NCBI GenBank assembly: GCA_000934665.2
Contig: KZ538745.1
Span: 1-49,849, forward strand
Source of the DNA: Catajapyx aquilonaris
Lineage: Eukaryota
Length of the DNA stretch: 49,849 nt
Reading direction: 5' to 3'
Within the stretch, counting starts at the first letter, position 1. Each line of letters starts with the position of its first letter. Positions 1 to 12,035 of this stretch are shown here, in pieces. Under the pieces are notes generated by a model that did no database searches, was not told where the DNA came from, and worked only from the letters and a program-made list of their open reading frames with translations. A program made the position numbers and the translations under genes.

Positions 1-1074
1 AAAAAATAGTTCGTCTTCACCTAGACTTTTTTTTCCGTTACAGGTTTTGAGTAGTCATTTCTTCCTGATCTTTGGGAAGGAAATCGGCGACAGGTCCGGT
101 ACCTTTGAAGACAACGTGGACATCACTGATTGAGAACTTCAGATGTAATTACCACTACTGGTTTATTCCGAGGAAATCCCAAGACGAGAAGGATCCTCTG
201 TGGAATTTATCCTATCCGACTACTACAATCAAATTGAGCGCTTTCATCATATGAACCTCTTGGATATTCATCAATAATTGAATATTATGGTGAGCATCAG
301 TTGGCATGCAACCCTTTTCTTTCCTAATTGCTGGCCAATATATTGGGAGAACATTTTAAATATGGGTTGATTTTTTTTGCTATGTAAGGATCTGCTTTCT
401 TGCATAAATTGGCATTTTATGTCTGCAAGAACATTGGTACCTCCTGAATTCTTTTGCAGGAAACCAAACCAAAAGATGTGGTGCCAACTGCGACCTAGCC
501 AACCGCTGCAAGCATGCTGAACTAGGTCATATAGCTCAATCGTCCATCACATGCACTAGGAAATCAATCCATGGTGAGCATTACTGTCGTCAGCTACCTT
601 TATATTCCTGGGGTCTCATGTTGGTCCAAAATTGAGACTAAGTGTTTATTATGGCAATAAATTTATTTGTCAAGCTGGAGGAATTACTGCATGAAGATCT
701 TTGTGCATATGATTGTCAAAGTTTTTTAATTTCACTGCAGTAAGCTAGACATGCAGATGAAAAACTAAGTCTTTAAATGCAATTATGTCGACTGTTGGAT
801 ATTCATATAATAATGCACTCTAACTCACCTTTTGCTATGGTTATTAATTAAGAGTGCTGTGCACATTTGTTGACAAATCAGCATTTTTCTATATTCTTCA
901 TTATCTTTTCAGATGTTGTACACTCCTTGGAGACATAAGCCAGAAGAGCAGCTGTTACTTTGGATGTATTCTTTATTGACATTTTGTGTACAGACATGTG
1001 GTTGCTTGAAGAAGCAGCCATCTTGATCTACAAGAAAAAAAGAAACATGTATGAGAAAGTGTGCAATAAAGATG

Positions 1075-1329
1075 CCCCCCTCCATGGTTGACCTCTTCCC
1101 CCTCTGCCTCCTGGTGGTGGTGGCTGGGGGAGAGAGGTGTGAGGGTGACGGAGGCAGAGGTGATGTCTCCATCACCCCTCTCCTTCCCTCCCATCTCCCT
1201 CTCAGGGAGATAGGAAGAAGAAGGGGTGAATGAGACATCACCACTGCCCTCCATCACCCTCACACCTCTCTCCACCACCCACCTACCAAGAGGGGGCAGA
1301 GTGAGAAGAGGAAGAACCAATGGAAGGGG
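1075..1329. repeat. Long imperfect inverted repeat (foldback), ~125-nt arms, 3-nt loop
   Basis: Left arm GAGAGAGGTGTGAGGGTGACGGAGGCAGAGGTGATGTCTC pairs with right arm GAGACATCACCACTGCCCTCCATCACCCTCACACCTCTCTC; apex ATCTCCCT-CTC-AGGGAGAT centred at 1202. Confidence 0.85.
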
Positions 1330-2513
1330 ACTGAACCAGACTCTGTGCAAAAATGTTTGAAGAAAAGGGGAGGGGCCAACAAGATAGGCTCCACGGCAGT
1401 GGACGCTCCGTGCACACGGCGGCAAGGGGGGGCCCATTCAAGTGGGGCCTCCCCTTTTCGCGCATGATTATTTGGTAGTGGTGAGGGTGTCCCTCAGCCT
1501 CTCTAATTCCACCCAATCATTGACACCAAGACTGACTTTAATTAGCCATTGTCAATGAAAGGGTGGAATTAGAGAGGCCCAGTGGACTGGTAGGCAAAGG
1601 ATATCAGGGAATGACATCACAGCTGATGTCTGCATAAGCAAGTTGTCCATAAATTACAGGTGTATGTGACATGGATGGGATTAATGAGAAAAGTAGTGCC
1701 AAATCAATTGGAAAGACAAAATTCCCAATGAAAATTAATGGTTTCATTTTCAAAATGGGAAGTAAGCCATACCAATCAGTTGCATTCTTACTTATCACAT
1801 TACCCTGTGATGGGAGAAGACAATGGAAAAAGAGGCACTTTTTTTTTTTTTTTTTTACAAGGAAGAATGGTAGGTTAAAGGTCAAGGAAGGATCTGTAAT
1901 TTGTGGACAACTCAGCTTAGTTGTGGCTCTGAAATATTTATTTTTCAAACACAATCTGCCTGGATCCGCTGCCCTGGAAATCGTGCGATGGGCATCGGAC
2001 CACTGGAAACACAAGCTCAGCAGGTGAAACCTGAAAGCAACAAAAGGTCACATTCAAATCCAGTCATATGTCAACAAGAAAATACACCAGATTTAAATCA
2101 ATTAGAAGCCTTGTCGTCTAACGAGCCTGTTAAATGTTCATTGCAATAATGTCACAGGCAAAATGGTGAATGATCACTGAGACAACAGGCCGCAAACTGC
2201 TGAGAATAGGCAATGTTTCCACACGTCTGAAAAATTGTGCATGGGAAGCAATGCAGCTGAATTTCATTGTGCATGACACCAACTTTTCATGTGAAATGAC
2301 TCGCATCAATGTGATTCAAATTAATGTTGCGAACCCAAAGTACGAATAAAAATATCACGAATGCGAAACATCCGCAACCAGAACCTGATTCCCACCCAAC
2401 CTCTTGAAATATCCGTGCCTCATAAATTTTCTTTCACGGCTCAAAAGTATTGACATTTAGCATGTCACCCTTCTTATCCCTCACACCCACTACACTAACC
2501 CCATGGCTAGTTC

Positions 2514-2768
2514 TTAACCACCATCTACGCCTATAACAACCTTAGTATCAACTACCTTTGACCTCAGCCTATTATCTATCACTACAAAGTCAATCAAGGA
2601 CTTCTGACCTATTCTCCCAAGTACACTGATGAATCCGTTTGTGAGGAAACACAGTATTTTAGATACATAAAGGCCCCTCTCTACACATGAATCCAATAAA
2701 CTCACACCGGTTCCATTAACCCTAACATCCCCATGAGGACCCAACGCTCCCTCATACCCCGGACGTAC
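2514..2768 (-). mobile_element. Degenerate RTE-clade LINE fragment (APE endonuclease domain)
   Basis: Minus translation VRPGYEGALGPHGDVRVNGTGVSLLDSCVERGLYVS...KSLIDFVVIDNRLRSKVVDTKV matches the G.FG...N.NG..LL..C....L and SLIDF motifs of RTE endonucleases; no intact ORF. Confidence 0.75.
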
Positions 2769-5700
2769 TGGGGAATGTCTTTTCCAAAGATTAATTTAAA
2801 CCCTCTAAAAATTATGCCTCAATTCCTCATCTGCTCAAATACATTCCAGTCAATAAGCAATGGTGGGAGCATTGTTCAGCAGACGGCTGCTATTATTGCT
2901 TCTACTAGATGAGACAACTGACATCGCACACTGTGTACCATTACTATCAAATGGCTTGTGATGCCTCCTTCGTTGATGTCATCACCCTTACTCAGCTGCT
3001 CTACTTCATGCCCCCATCCGATGCGCAATCCCGTGTAGCCTAATCAATAGAAATACTCACCAGATAGAAGTGGTTGTGTCGGATGAACCATTGTGATGCT
3101 GGATGTAGTCGACTGTTGTAACAATGTCTCCAGAAGCCTTGCACTGATTGTTTGGGGCCGTCTTGAAGGGTAGGTAACTACAAGGGCAGAGTCGGACCAG
3201 CATCAAGGACAATATTGCACTGTGTCTGCAAAGAAGAGCAAGATTTGTTTAACAAAATGCAAGCCCTATCACAATCTCAAAAAGAATTTTTGCACAGTTA
3301 ATGCAATTAGGAGACGAAAATAATTGCAACCCTAATTCAGTTCCTTAGCAATTACTGCCAGCAAATGCTTCATATCGACAGAGCATTGCTATAAAAAGTC
3401 AAATGACAATGCAATGTCTTCTTGGGTGTCCCAGTATTTTAAGTCCTCAAATCGGTTGTGACTACATGTCTCCAAAAACCAAATTAGTGATTATTTTCCA
3501 ATCATGAAACAATTGAATTTTGACAAAATATTCCAGGGTCAACAAACATACGCCTCGACTCTTGAGCTCAAGTTGCAATGAAGTAATTAAGTTAGGCTGA
3601 TTTTTAAAATGGACACCCAATAGGCCTACACATTATTGATCTGACAATACTATACCAATCTGTTTAAGAATTTTGAAGGTCAACAGTAGCTGCTGGTAAA
3701 ATTGCATTGCAACAAATTGGGCTGGCCTATTCAGTGCTTTATTAGGTCAAATTTGATTTAAGTTCCATTTTGCTATGCACTGTAGCAGTCAAATTGAGCT
3801 GAGCATCTTACCCGCAAATTTCTGTTCGACACTCTGGCGCATTTGTGTTCAGTCCAATAGAAATTTTAATAGGCAAAAATATGCATGTGACTGGTGCAAG
3901 TGGGCCTAATTGCTGCATTAAAACACTGTGTAATTAGCATTAATATCACTGCTGTACTCACCATTATAATTTTGGACGCTGTCGAGTGCTAGATGTCCCT
4001 ATGCCGTAACCAGATGACCCAACTCGACGGTGGAGAAGCCAACATCAGTCTTCAGTCCATGAAGGCGGCGCAGAGGTGACTCATTATTCCCTGCAAAATT
4101 TAAATTAAAATAAAAATATGCTTTGCAACAGTGGATCATGGCAAAATGAAAGGCCATCAGCTGTATAGTTAAGATGTGCAGCAAGTTCCAGATAATGTCC
4201 AATAAGTAACCCCCATTTAAATGATAATTATGCACAGCATACCTGTAGCCTACTTGTCCTGCTCTATGCCTCATCCAGCTGGACCCGTGGCATGTCTGCT
4301 ACCCTTGGAGGTCAAGAAGCAAAGAGAGGCTTGATGGGGCAGAAAGGGGGTGGGTGGGTGGATTCAGGGTGGTGTAACCCCCACCCACCTCTGGATGAAC
4401 ATTTCCTGCTGGATGACCTTGGTCAAATGCCTCCTGGTTTGTACTGTATGGCATAAAACAGTGTGATTAATCTCAATTTACATTATTTTTAAGAGGTACA
4501 TTTTAATACTGCCAGTGAGCCATGTGTAAAAGGTAATTGCTTCAAAAATAATGATAAAAATAAACATAAAATAATGGTGACGAGGTCACTGATGATGAGG
4601 AGACCATGTGACACCTCTGAATAAATCGATTGTCGCAATTTGTTGCTTCCGAATAAAATTATTCCAATGGTTTTAATTCCTTGAAACAGGTTTTCTAGCT
4701 GGATTTTTCAAAAAATCTGTTTTCAATACCCTCCACTGTGAACAATGCACAACTCATATTTTCCAGCAATAGATGCAATTAAATCACGCAAATACTCTAA
4801 GGCTATCTCATAGACTTTTTAATTGTACAGTACATAATCAGGATTAGTGATTGATTTTGCGACCTCAGAATCGACATTTTAAAATCCATCTGATCACGGA
4901 TCGACTACAACAGCTACTGGCGCTACATTATAAAAATTATTTTCAAACGTTTTTTTTTGCATTGCTAATTATATTTAAAATGCATACCTTACCAATAAGT
5001 GTTGGGTTATTTAGGACACGATCTAGGATATTTAAGTACAATTTAAATTAGTGATTGAAGCTACCAAGTGCAAACGAGTTATTTCATACTTTCATTCACG
5101 CGTGGATTTATTAATCTCACCGGTCAGATATATTTAATACCGTATTTGTAATAAATAACGTTGACAAAAAATTATATTTTATCAAATCTATTATTTGGAA
5201 ATAAATAGACGATTGTTCGTACAGCAGTACAGTACAACTGTACAAGGTATTTTGTGGGATCACATGGAGTTGTATTACGTATTGGGAAAAAATTAATTCA
5301 CACCATAAAAAATTAATGTCGAGCTGAATCACGCACAATAAGTATAATCTGATCAACTGCGGTTTGTAAATATTAAATGGGTATTAAATAAAAATAATAT
5401 CCTTGAAATATTGAAAAATTATAATATCGTCGGCTATGAATTCCCTTTGTTATGATTGTGTCGTTTTCAGGCAGACTTCAAATTATTCAGCGTCTTATTC
5501 ATTGTCTCCCAAGGGCGTCGGGTCGAAAAAGGTGACGTCGCCTGAATGACCCGTCTGTCTGGTAGGTCATACCCCGCCTGTCCGACGCCTCATTAGTAAT
5601 GCTTTATTCTTCATATGTATGATTCACAACCAGGGCTGTGATTGGACAGAAACACTCAACAAGGGTTCAGTTCTGGGCACTTTTTGAAGTGACTTTGCGA

Positions 5701-6380
5701 CAAATCATTCTGACGTTCTGACTTGGAAGGTGTGCTTCTCCAGCAGCTCAGCAAGTCTTGACCTGTCTGTTGTGGCCAGCGCTAGTGGAAGATAGATCGA
5801 CTCAAGGTACAGTATACATCACGTACGCCCTGATTTCTTTTTAAAAGGCTGCAATATATATTGCTTCACAATAATTATTGCAGTTGACTCTCTTTATACA
5901 TTACAAATGGTAAATGGTAATGCCTTTTAACATCCAGGTAAATTAGAGCATCCAGCCTTTAATTGTTATAGTCACATCAATGTTGCTGTTGTTGACCCCC
6001 CATTGCGACGTAAACTCTAGAGATGAAGAGACACACTCTGACTTTTTTAAAGTTTGGTCGGACGTCACTGTTTCTCATCAAGACCTGTCACTTACAGCAG
6101 TCACCCTACTATTAACGTGAATATATTACGAGTGCGCTTTTGGCGAGACGTCCGGCGTAAGTCAGAACTTTTCTTTTTTTTAAATAATTGGAAAATATAT
6201 GCCAAGAGTTTTCCGAGGTGCCACAAATTCATAAGAAACTCACATTTGCGTGGCCTCCTTTTCGTCCCCCTTTTTCCAGAAGTTTAGGGTTATCTGATGG
6301 GGTTTTAACCTTTGTAAATTCCAGACGCGACCGGTTTTTGGGGATTAGCCGGGATTAGCGCACCCCCCCCCCCCCCTCCC

Positions 6381-6482
6381 NNNNNNNNNNNNNNNNNNNN
6401 NNNNNNNNNNNNNNNNNNNNNNNNNNNNNNNNNNNNNNNNNNNNNNNNNNNNNNNNNNNNNNNNNNNNNNNNNNNNNNNNNN
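6381..6482. other. Assembly gap flanked by poly-C
   Basis: Run of N. Confidence 0.99.
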
Positions 6483-6667
6483 CCCTTATAAATCCCCCCC
6501 CCCCCCCCCAATGAATCTGGCACGTAATTTTTGAGGGGTGTTTAATCTTCAAATGCATGAAAATATTGCAAACGGGTGCTTGGACTTGATGTGACATGTT
6601 ATTCAAGTATTTACTAATTTATTTCAGATTTTTCTCAGAGGATAATTATTCAACTCTGCTAGCAGCT

Positions 6668-8255
6668 ATGGACGTTGTGGACAGTGCAAATCAAAAGGTA
6701 AGACCAACAGAGCATTTCGAAAACATTTTGGTCAGTCCCCCAGCACAATAAATGCAAATTGGGAAAATTAAAGATGCACTTTTAAGTGTTACCATTTAAA
6801 TATCTAACGTTTTTGATAGAAATATTTCCAATCTCTACCATGAAATGCGGCTAATATTTTCCTTGGCATTAAAATAGTTCAGTAATATTATTATGTTATA
6901 TTACATTTTTAAATTCCATAGTGCTTCCTGAATATATTGGAAAGCCATTGCTCACCTCTTCCAATTATTACAATACAATATCAATATTTACTTGACTTTA
7001 AAAATTCGGTAATATATTGCTCCAATGTATACCATTATATGAAAAGTCATATTCAGGAGTTGTTGGGAAAATATATGACACATTTATGCAATTATTGGAT
7101 CTTAATTAATGTGGTTGTCCCTTCCAGGCTGGACAAAAAGGAATCGACTCATTCCCAGACGAACTACTGCTGAAAATATTCTCGTATCTGCCCCAAGTGG
7201 ACCTGGACAAGTTGCATCTGGTGTCCCCAAGATGGGAGAGGATAGCCCAAGATCCTGTGATCCAGAAGAAGATAGTCATCGACCTCAACAAGATAGGCAG
7301 CAACAAAGAGCAGACTCTTGCAAAGCTCCGGAAGATGAAGAGTTTGAGTGATGTGACCATCAAGAGTTGGTCCAGGGTTTATTGCGACGAGTTTCTGGAC
7401 GCAATATCGTCCAACTTGGACACCCTCAAGATGGTTTGTGTTGGAATCGCAAGGGAAAAGAGTCTGGTTGGCCTAATTCAACGATCCCCACAACTGAGGG
7501 TCGTCCACATACAACTAACCCGGTTTTTTAGTGTCGAAAAAAATATTCAACCTCATCGACACATCATGGACATGGTTGCTCCCTGCACCTACCTGGAGAG
7601 TTTGCACGTGGACCAGACCTGTGACACCATACTTGACAGAAACCTGACGCGTCAATGGGGCAGCCTGAAGAGTGTGACTTTTGGACTTGATGACTGCCAC
7701 TCAGCAGATCAGCTGTTGGGCGTGCTACCTTCCACTGTCCGGAGACAGATCCAACACATCTCTGGTTATTTTGAAGTACCTCAGACCTTGCTTGACATTG
7801 GACAGTTCCAGGGGCTGGATTCACTGGATTTACACTGCAGCTGGATCACCGACAGGGTATTCGTGGAGGGTGTCAGCAGGCTGCTCAACCTGCGTCATCT
7901 GACAGCACATTTATGCAGGAAGCTGACTCCAAATGCGATCAAGGCCTTCTTCTCCGAGAAGCACATCATCCGCCAGCTGGAGACTCTCAAGCTCGTCGGC
8001 TTCTCTCAACTGGACGATTCCTGCCTGGAAGTCATCTCCAGATGCGTGTCTCTCACGGAGGTCGTGCTGACCGGTTGTAACAGCATCACCATCTCTGGAC
8101 TGCACATTCTGAAGTGCAAAGTGGACAAGGTGCAGGCCATTCGGTGCAAAGAAATACCGGCAGATCTAGAGGAGAGAAAGAAGAGGTTCATGTTACATTT
8201 TTGTGTGTTTGCAGCAGCAAAATTGCTCATGACATACTTGAGCATGCAGCATTAA
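6668..8255 (+). CDS. F-box/leucine-rich repeat protein (FBXL-like), 2 coding exons
   Basis: Exons 6668-6697 (MDVVDSANQK, donor GTAAGA) and 7128-8255 (acceptor TTCCAG), in frame. F-box motif IDSFPDELLLKIFSYLPQVDLDKLHLVSPRWERIAQDP; cysteine-containing LRRs (LDSLDLHCSWITD, LRHLTAHLCRKLT, LTEVVLTGCNSIT); AATAAA near 8509. Confidence 0.88.
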
Positions 8256-9041
8256 TTACGAGCATCATGTTTTATTGAATAATCATCTTGAATGTATTGC
8301 AAACATGAATTTTCATTTCATTTGGATTTCATTGCAGTGAAAATATTCAGAATGTCATTAAATGCAGTTGAAGATCATGAGCTCCACATTTTTTCCCCTT
8401 TTATGTGTCAGTTCATATGTATTGTGATAAAAAATGCAACATTATTTATCCCTTTATGAACATTTTTTTTGTTTTATTGATTTTATCATGAAATCATTTG
8501 TGTATGTGAATAAATCAAACATTTTGAACCCAATTTGAACAGTGCTTCATTCCATAAGCAATTATCGACTGGGTATAATTTTGGAAACATAATTCTACAG
8601 GGTAGGCTTCTTAATCTAAGATCAACTAAATATATAATACAAATACTTACAACCACATAATTTTAATGAGATGCCATAAACTAATAACACCAGATTTAAA
8701 TCCCTTTCCTTCAGCTTACTTGAGTGAAGCCCATTGGAAAGCCCACACTGTTTCCCATGGCATAAAATAACAACGTTCACATAATCCTGCAATAAAAGTA
8801 GTTCACACAACTGCTTCATCTCCGGTTAATGTTATACAAGAGAGTGCCTTCCAGCCCATCACATGGTGCTTACATCTGGAAAAATCAAGAGAGTACGCAT
8901 TCAAGGTATTGTAGGATGTACACAAATTTCAGAAGGTGTATTTTCATTCAATTTATTTCGCATTTGCTACACAAAAAGTGAAAATATGACAACACAGCAG
9001 CAAGTGTTTCATATATACATGATTGTTAAGGCAAACCCACT

Positions 9042-9641
9042 TACTCACAAGGGAAGGTCACAGGGTGATAATGACGGATCTTGATGAAATTTAACATATG
9101 CTAATACAGGACAATATAATTATGATAGCCAAAAATGAAATATTTCATGCGGAGGCCCATATTTGCAAAAGTTATGACGTCTTAGAGTTCCCAAAAAAAT
9201 AAAAAATAAAATCCATTGAGTTCATAATGGGATTACATTAGCGACCACATATAAGACCACATTGAAGTGTGTAATCAGTTTCTACACTTTGTCTCATCGG
9301 AAAAAAGTCCTACATAACGGCTCTGTATCTCTTACGGTTTAGGCCTTGATACCTGTCCACAGACGGACGGACGGACAAAGCCGTTCTGTAGGACTTTTTT
9401 CCGATGAGAAAAAGTGTAGAAACTGATTACACACTTCAATGTCATTATAATGTGGTCGCTAATGTAATCTCATTATGAATGAAAACATATTATTTTTGGA
9501 ACTTTAAGACGTCATAACTTTTGCAAATATGGGCCTCCGCACAAAATATTTCATTTTTGGGTATCATATATTGTCCTGAATTAGCATGTTCAATTTCATC
9601 AAGATCCGTCATTATCACCCCGTGACCTTCCCTTGTCAGTA
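9042..9641. mobile_element. Foldback/MITE with ~280-bp inverted arms, TA-flanked
   Basis: TACTCACAAGGGAAGGTCAC...GTGACCTTCCCTTGTCAGTA termini; arms complementary almost to the centre; the paralogous flank near 21440-21460 lacks it. Confidence 0.85.
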
Positions 9642-10359
9642 TGCCCATTGTACCTGCTTGCTCATTTTTATGTGACACCAAAAGCATTATAATAAGTCAT
9701 ACTACTAATAATTATTATCCCATTAAAAGTCTGAATCTGGTTGCATAATTGTTACTCGTGCAAATAAGAGCAAGGAAGAGTCTAATATATTGCCATACTA
9801 CCTTAAGAGTACTTTTTAGGGTAAGAGTTACACACGAAAAGTCAACTAGTTAGAAATAAGTGTTACAAAAAATGTCACTCGATCTTATTATTATCTGATG
9901 TCAGCAACATCTCAACTGATGATAAACACAAATTAATACAGTTTCTGCACTTTTTAATGTCATGAGAGTAAGTTGGCAGTTCTTGTAACCAAAATAGGAA
10001 CTAAATTGTGTTTGAAATGGTTTTTTGATAGAATCTATACGTGTTCTTAGCAGCACCATTGACTAGATACAGGGAGACTCAATGCAAACAGCAGTTTTAC
10101 AGTTTGACTTTTCTGAATGAAGTGTTTGTATTTCAGTTCATAATCCATGATGGTGCAGGAGGATGTGAAAATATAACTGGTTTCAGCTTACAGTCAATAA
10201 AGGCAGGACATGACTTGCTGCAGTAATAAAAGATCTTGCCAATGGATTCCTAAAAACATTAATTTTGTGTGTGACAGCGTTGCATGTGAAAGAGGACAGA
10301 TCTTAATACACATAAGTTACACATACTTTTAACCGCAGATTAAAAAATTCATAGCATTA

Positions 10360-10511
10360 AGGTGCATTTACATGTGAGCGATTTGGCTAGCAAAATCTTT
10401 GCAGAGGCTGAAATTAACAATTGATTTTCGCCTCAAACAATGTTGGTTACTTGGGTTGCACACCCTCGGCGAAGATTTCGCTCGTCAAATCGCTCACATG
10501 TAAACGCACCT
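10360..10511. mobile_element. PIF/Harbinger (Tourist-like) MITE
   Basis: TIRs AGGTGCATTTACATGTGAGCGATTTG / CAAATCGCTCACATGTAAACGCACCT; TTA duplicated on both sides. Confidence 0.8.
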
Positions 10512-11605
10512 TTAACCTGCTGGGAGAGATGCGTGACTGTGTGACGTCCAACATCACATCAAGTCACCTGGTTTACAGTAATAATTTCTCTATTTGAGTC
10601 CCACATATCAAACAACCTTGCATCCTCATCTCACTGGTAGTTGTCCATTAATTTAGCATGCCTTTGGTTGCAAGAATTGTGCAGATTCAACTACAGTACG
10701 CTATATTTTAAAAACTGTCGAAATGACCTATTCACTACTAAAATATAGAATCATCATGGTTTTTTTTTGGCTGTATGTCATGTGAAACAGAAAGATAAAT
10801 GTCATAAATAGACAAACTAATAATCTTTCCCATCAGCATCCTTCTTGCCCATCAGTCTCTACTTGCTGTGGTTTGACTTCCTTTTGCGCTGGGAGCAGTC
10901 ATACATCATCTTCTCCATTGCCTCCATCTGCTTCAGATGGGCCTTAAAGCCACGCTCATGCTTAAAAATCTTTGAGCAGCATTCGCAACATAACGTAACT
11001 TCATGATCTTCAGCTCCCTGTGCTTCTGCCTGATTCATCTGAAATGAAGCATGTCAAAAGTTGTTATCTCAACTTTCCCACCCATGAAGCTTAAAAACTA
11101 ACAACTATTTTGGAAAGGGATGTTTCTGAAAATTGTGCATGTCAGATGAATTTCAACCCGACCCAACTTTTCAAGGGGCTGGAAGAATTTGTCTGCTATC
11201 ATTGTGTGCATGAAATGCAATAATTGCTGAATGTAATTTCTTGAGGTGTGCAATAAACCTTCTTCAAAAAATATCCAGTGTATTGTGGTGTCAAAGTTCC
11301 ACTACAAGTGGAGCCATGTGATGTAAGTATGTGGCCCTGTTCGAGGATTATTCAGCAGTTTCTCTGTGCTACCACATGTGAACACATATCATCACCTGAA
11401 AATTCTCAATTATGGTTGAAATTTGAAGATAAAAAGTTAATAAATTGCAAGGTCAAAATGACTAAAACTGATGTATGTTTGTTTACAAGGGACAGTCAAT
11501 GTGACCCATTAATGCCATTGATTACAAGATATTGATTATGCATACTTTGAATATATCAGGAGCTTAATTGCATCAATATTATCCATTAGTCATTATTTGA
11601 GATAA

Positions 11606-11859
11606 AGGGTGGTGTAGTGGTTATCGCCACAGGCTTCCACCTCTGAGGTCTCGAGTTTGATCTCCGGATCCGACAGAGGATACTTATGTGGATAGAGTGT
11701 CTATGGGTTCTCTCACTGTTTGCGGGGATTTTCTCAGGGTTCTCCCGTTTCCTCCAAAAATCAAAACCCATCACATTGCAGGGAAATGATAAAAATTGGT
11801 GAATGAATAGATGATCCCCTAAAAGGCCCAAGGAGGCCTGTCATAAGATATCCATTATT
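11606..11859 (+). mobile_element. tRNA-derived SINE with V-domain-like core
   Basis: A-box-like GGTGTAGTGG, B-box-like GAGTTTGATCTC, core GGGGATTTTCTCAGGGTTCTCCCGTTTCCTCC, (ATT)n tail, 14-bp TSD ATTATTTGAGATAA at 11592-11605 and 11860-11873. Confidence 0.8.
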
Positions 11860-11889
11860 ATTATTTGAGATAATTTCCAAGTGATACCT

Positions 11890-12035
11890 GTGCAGCATTA
11901 GGCTGAGGTTGATTATTGTCTCCGTCAACTTCATCCTCGACATGCCCTCCTTCTCCATGTGCAGCATCCGGCTGAGGTTGATTATTATCACCGCCAACTA
12001 CTTCCTCGACATGCCCTCCTTCTCCATGTGCAGCT
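11890..12035 (-). repeat. 69-bp (23-codon) tandem duplication within the acidic exon
   Basis: AAHGEGGHVEEVVGGDNNQPQPD / AAHGEGGHVEDEVDGDNNQPQPN. Confidence 0.85.

Noticed and set aside
909..1516. Pro/Gly-rich ORFs
   Set aside because: They arise from the GC-rich hairpin; no recognisable domain.
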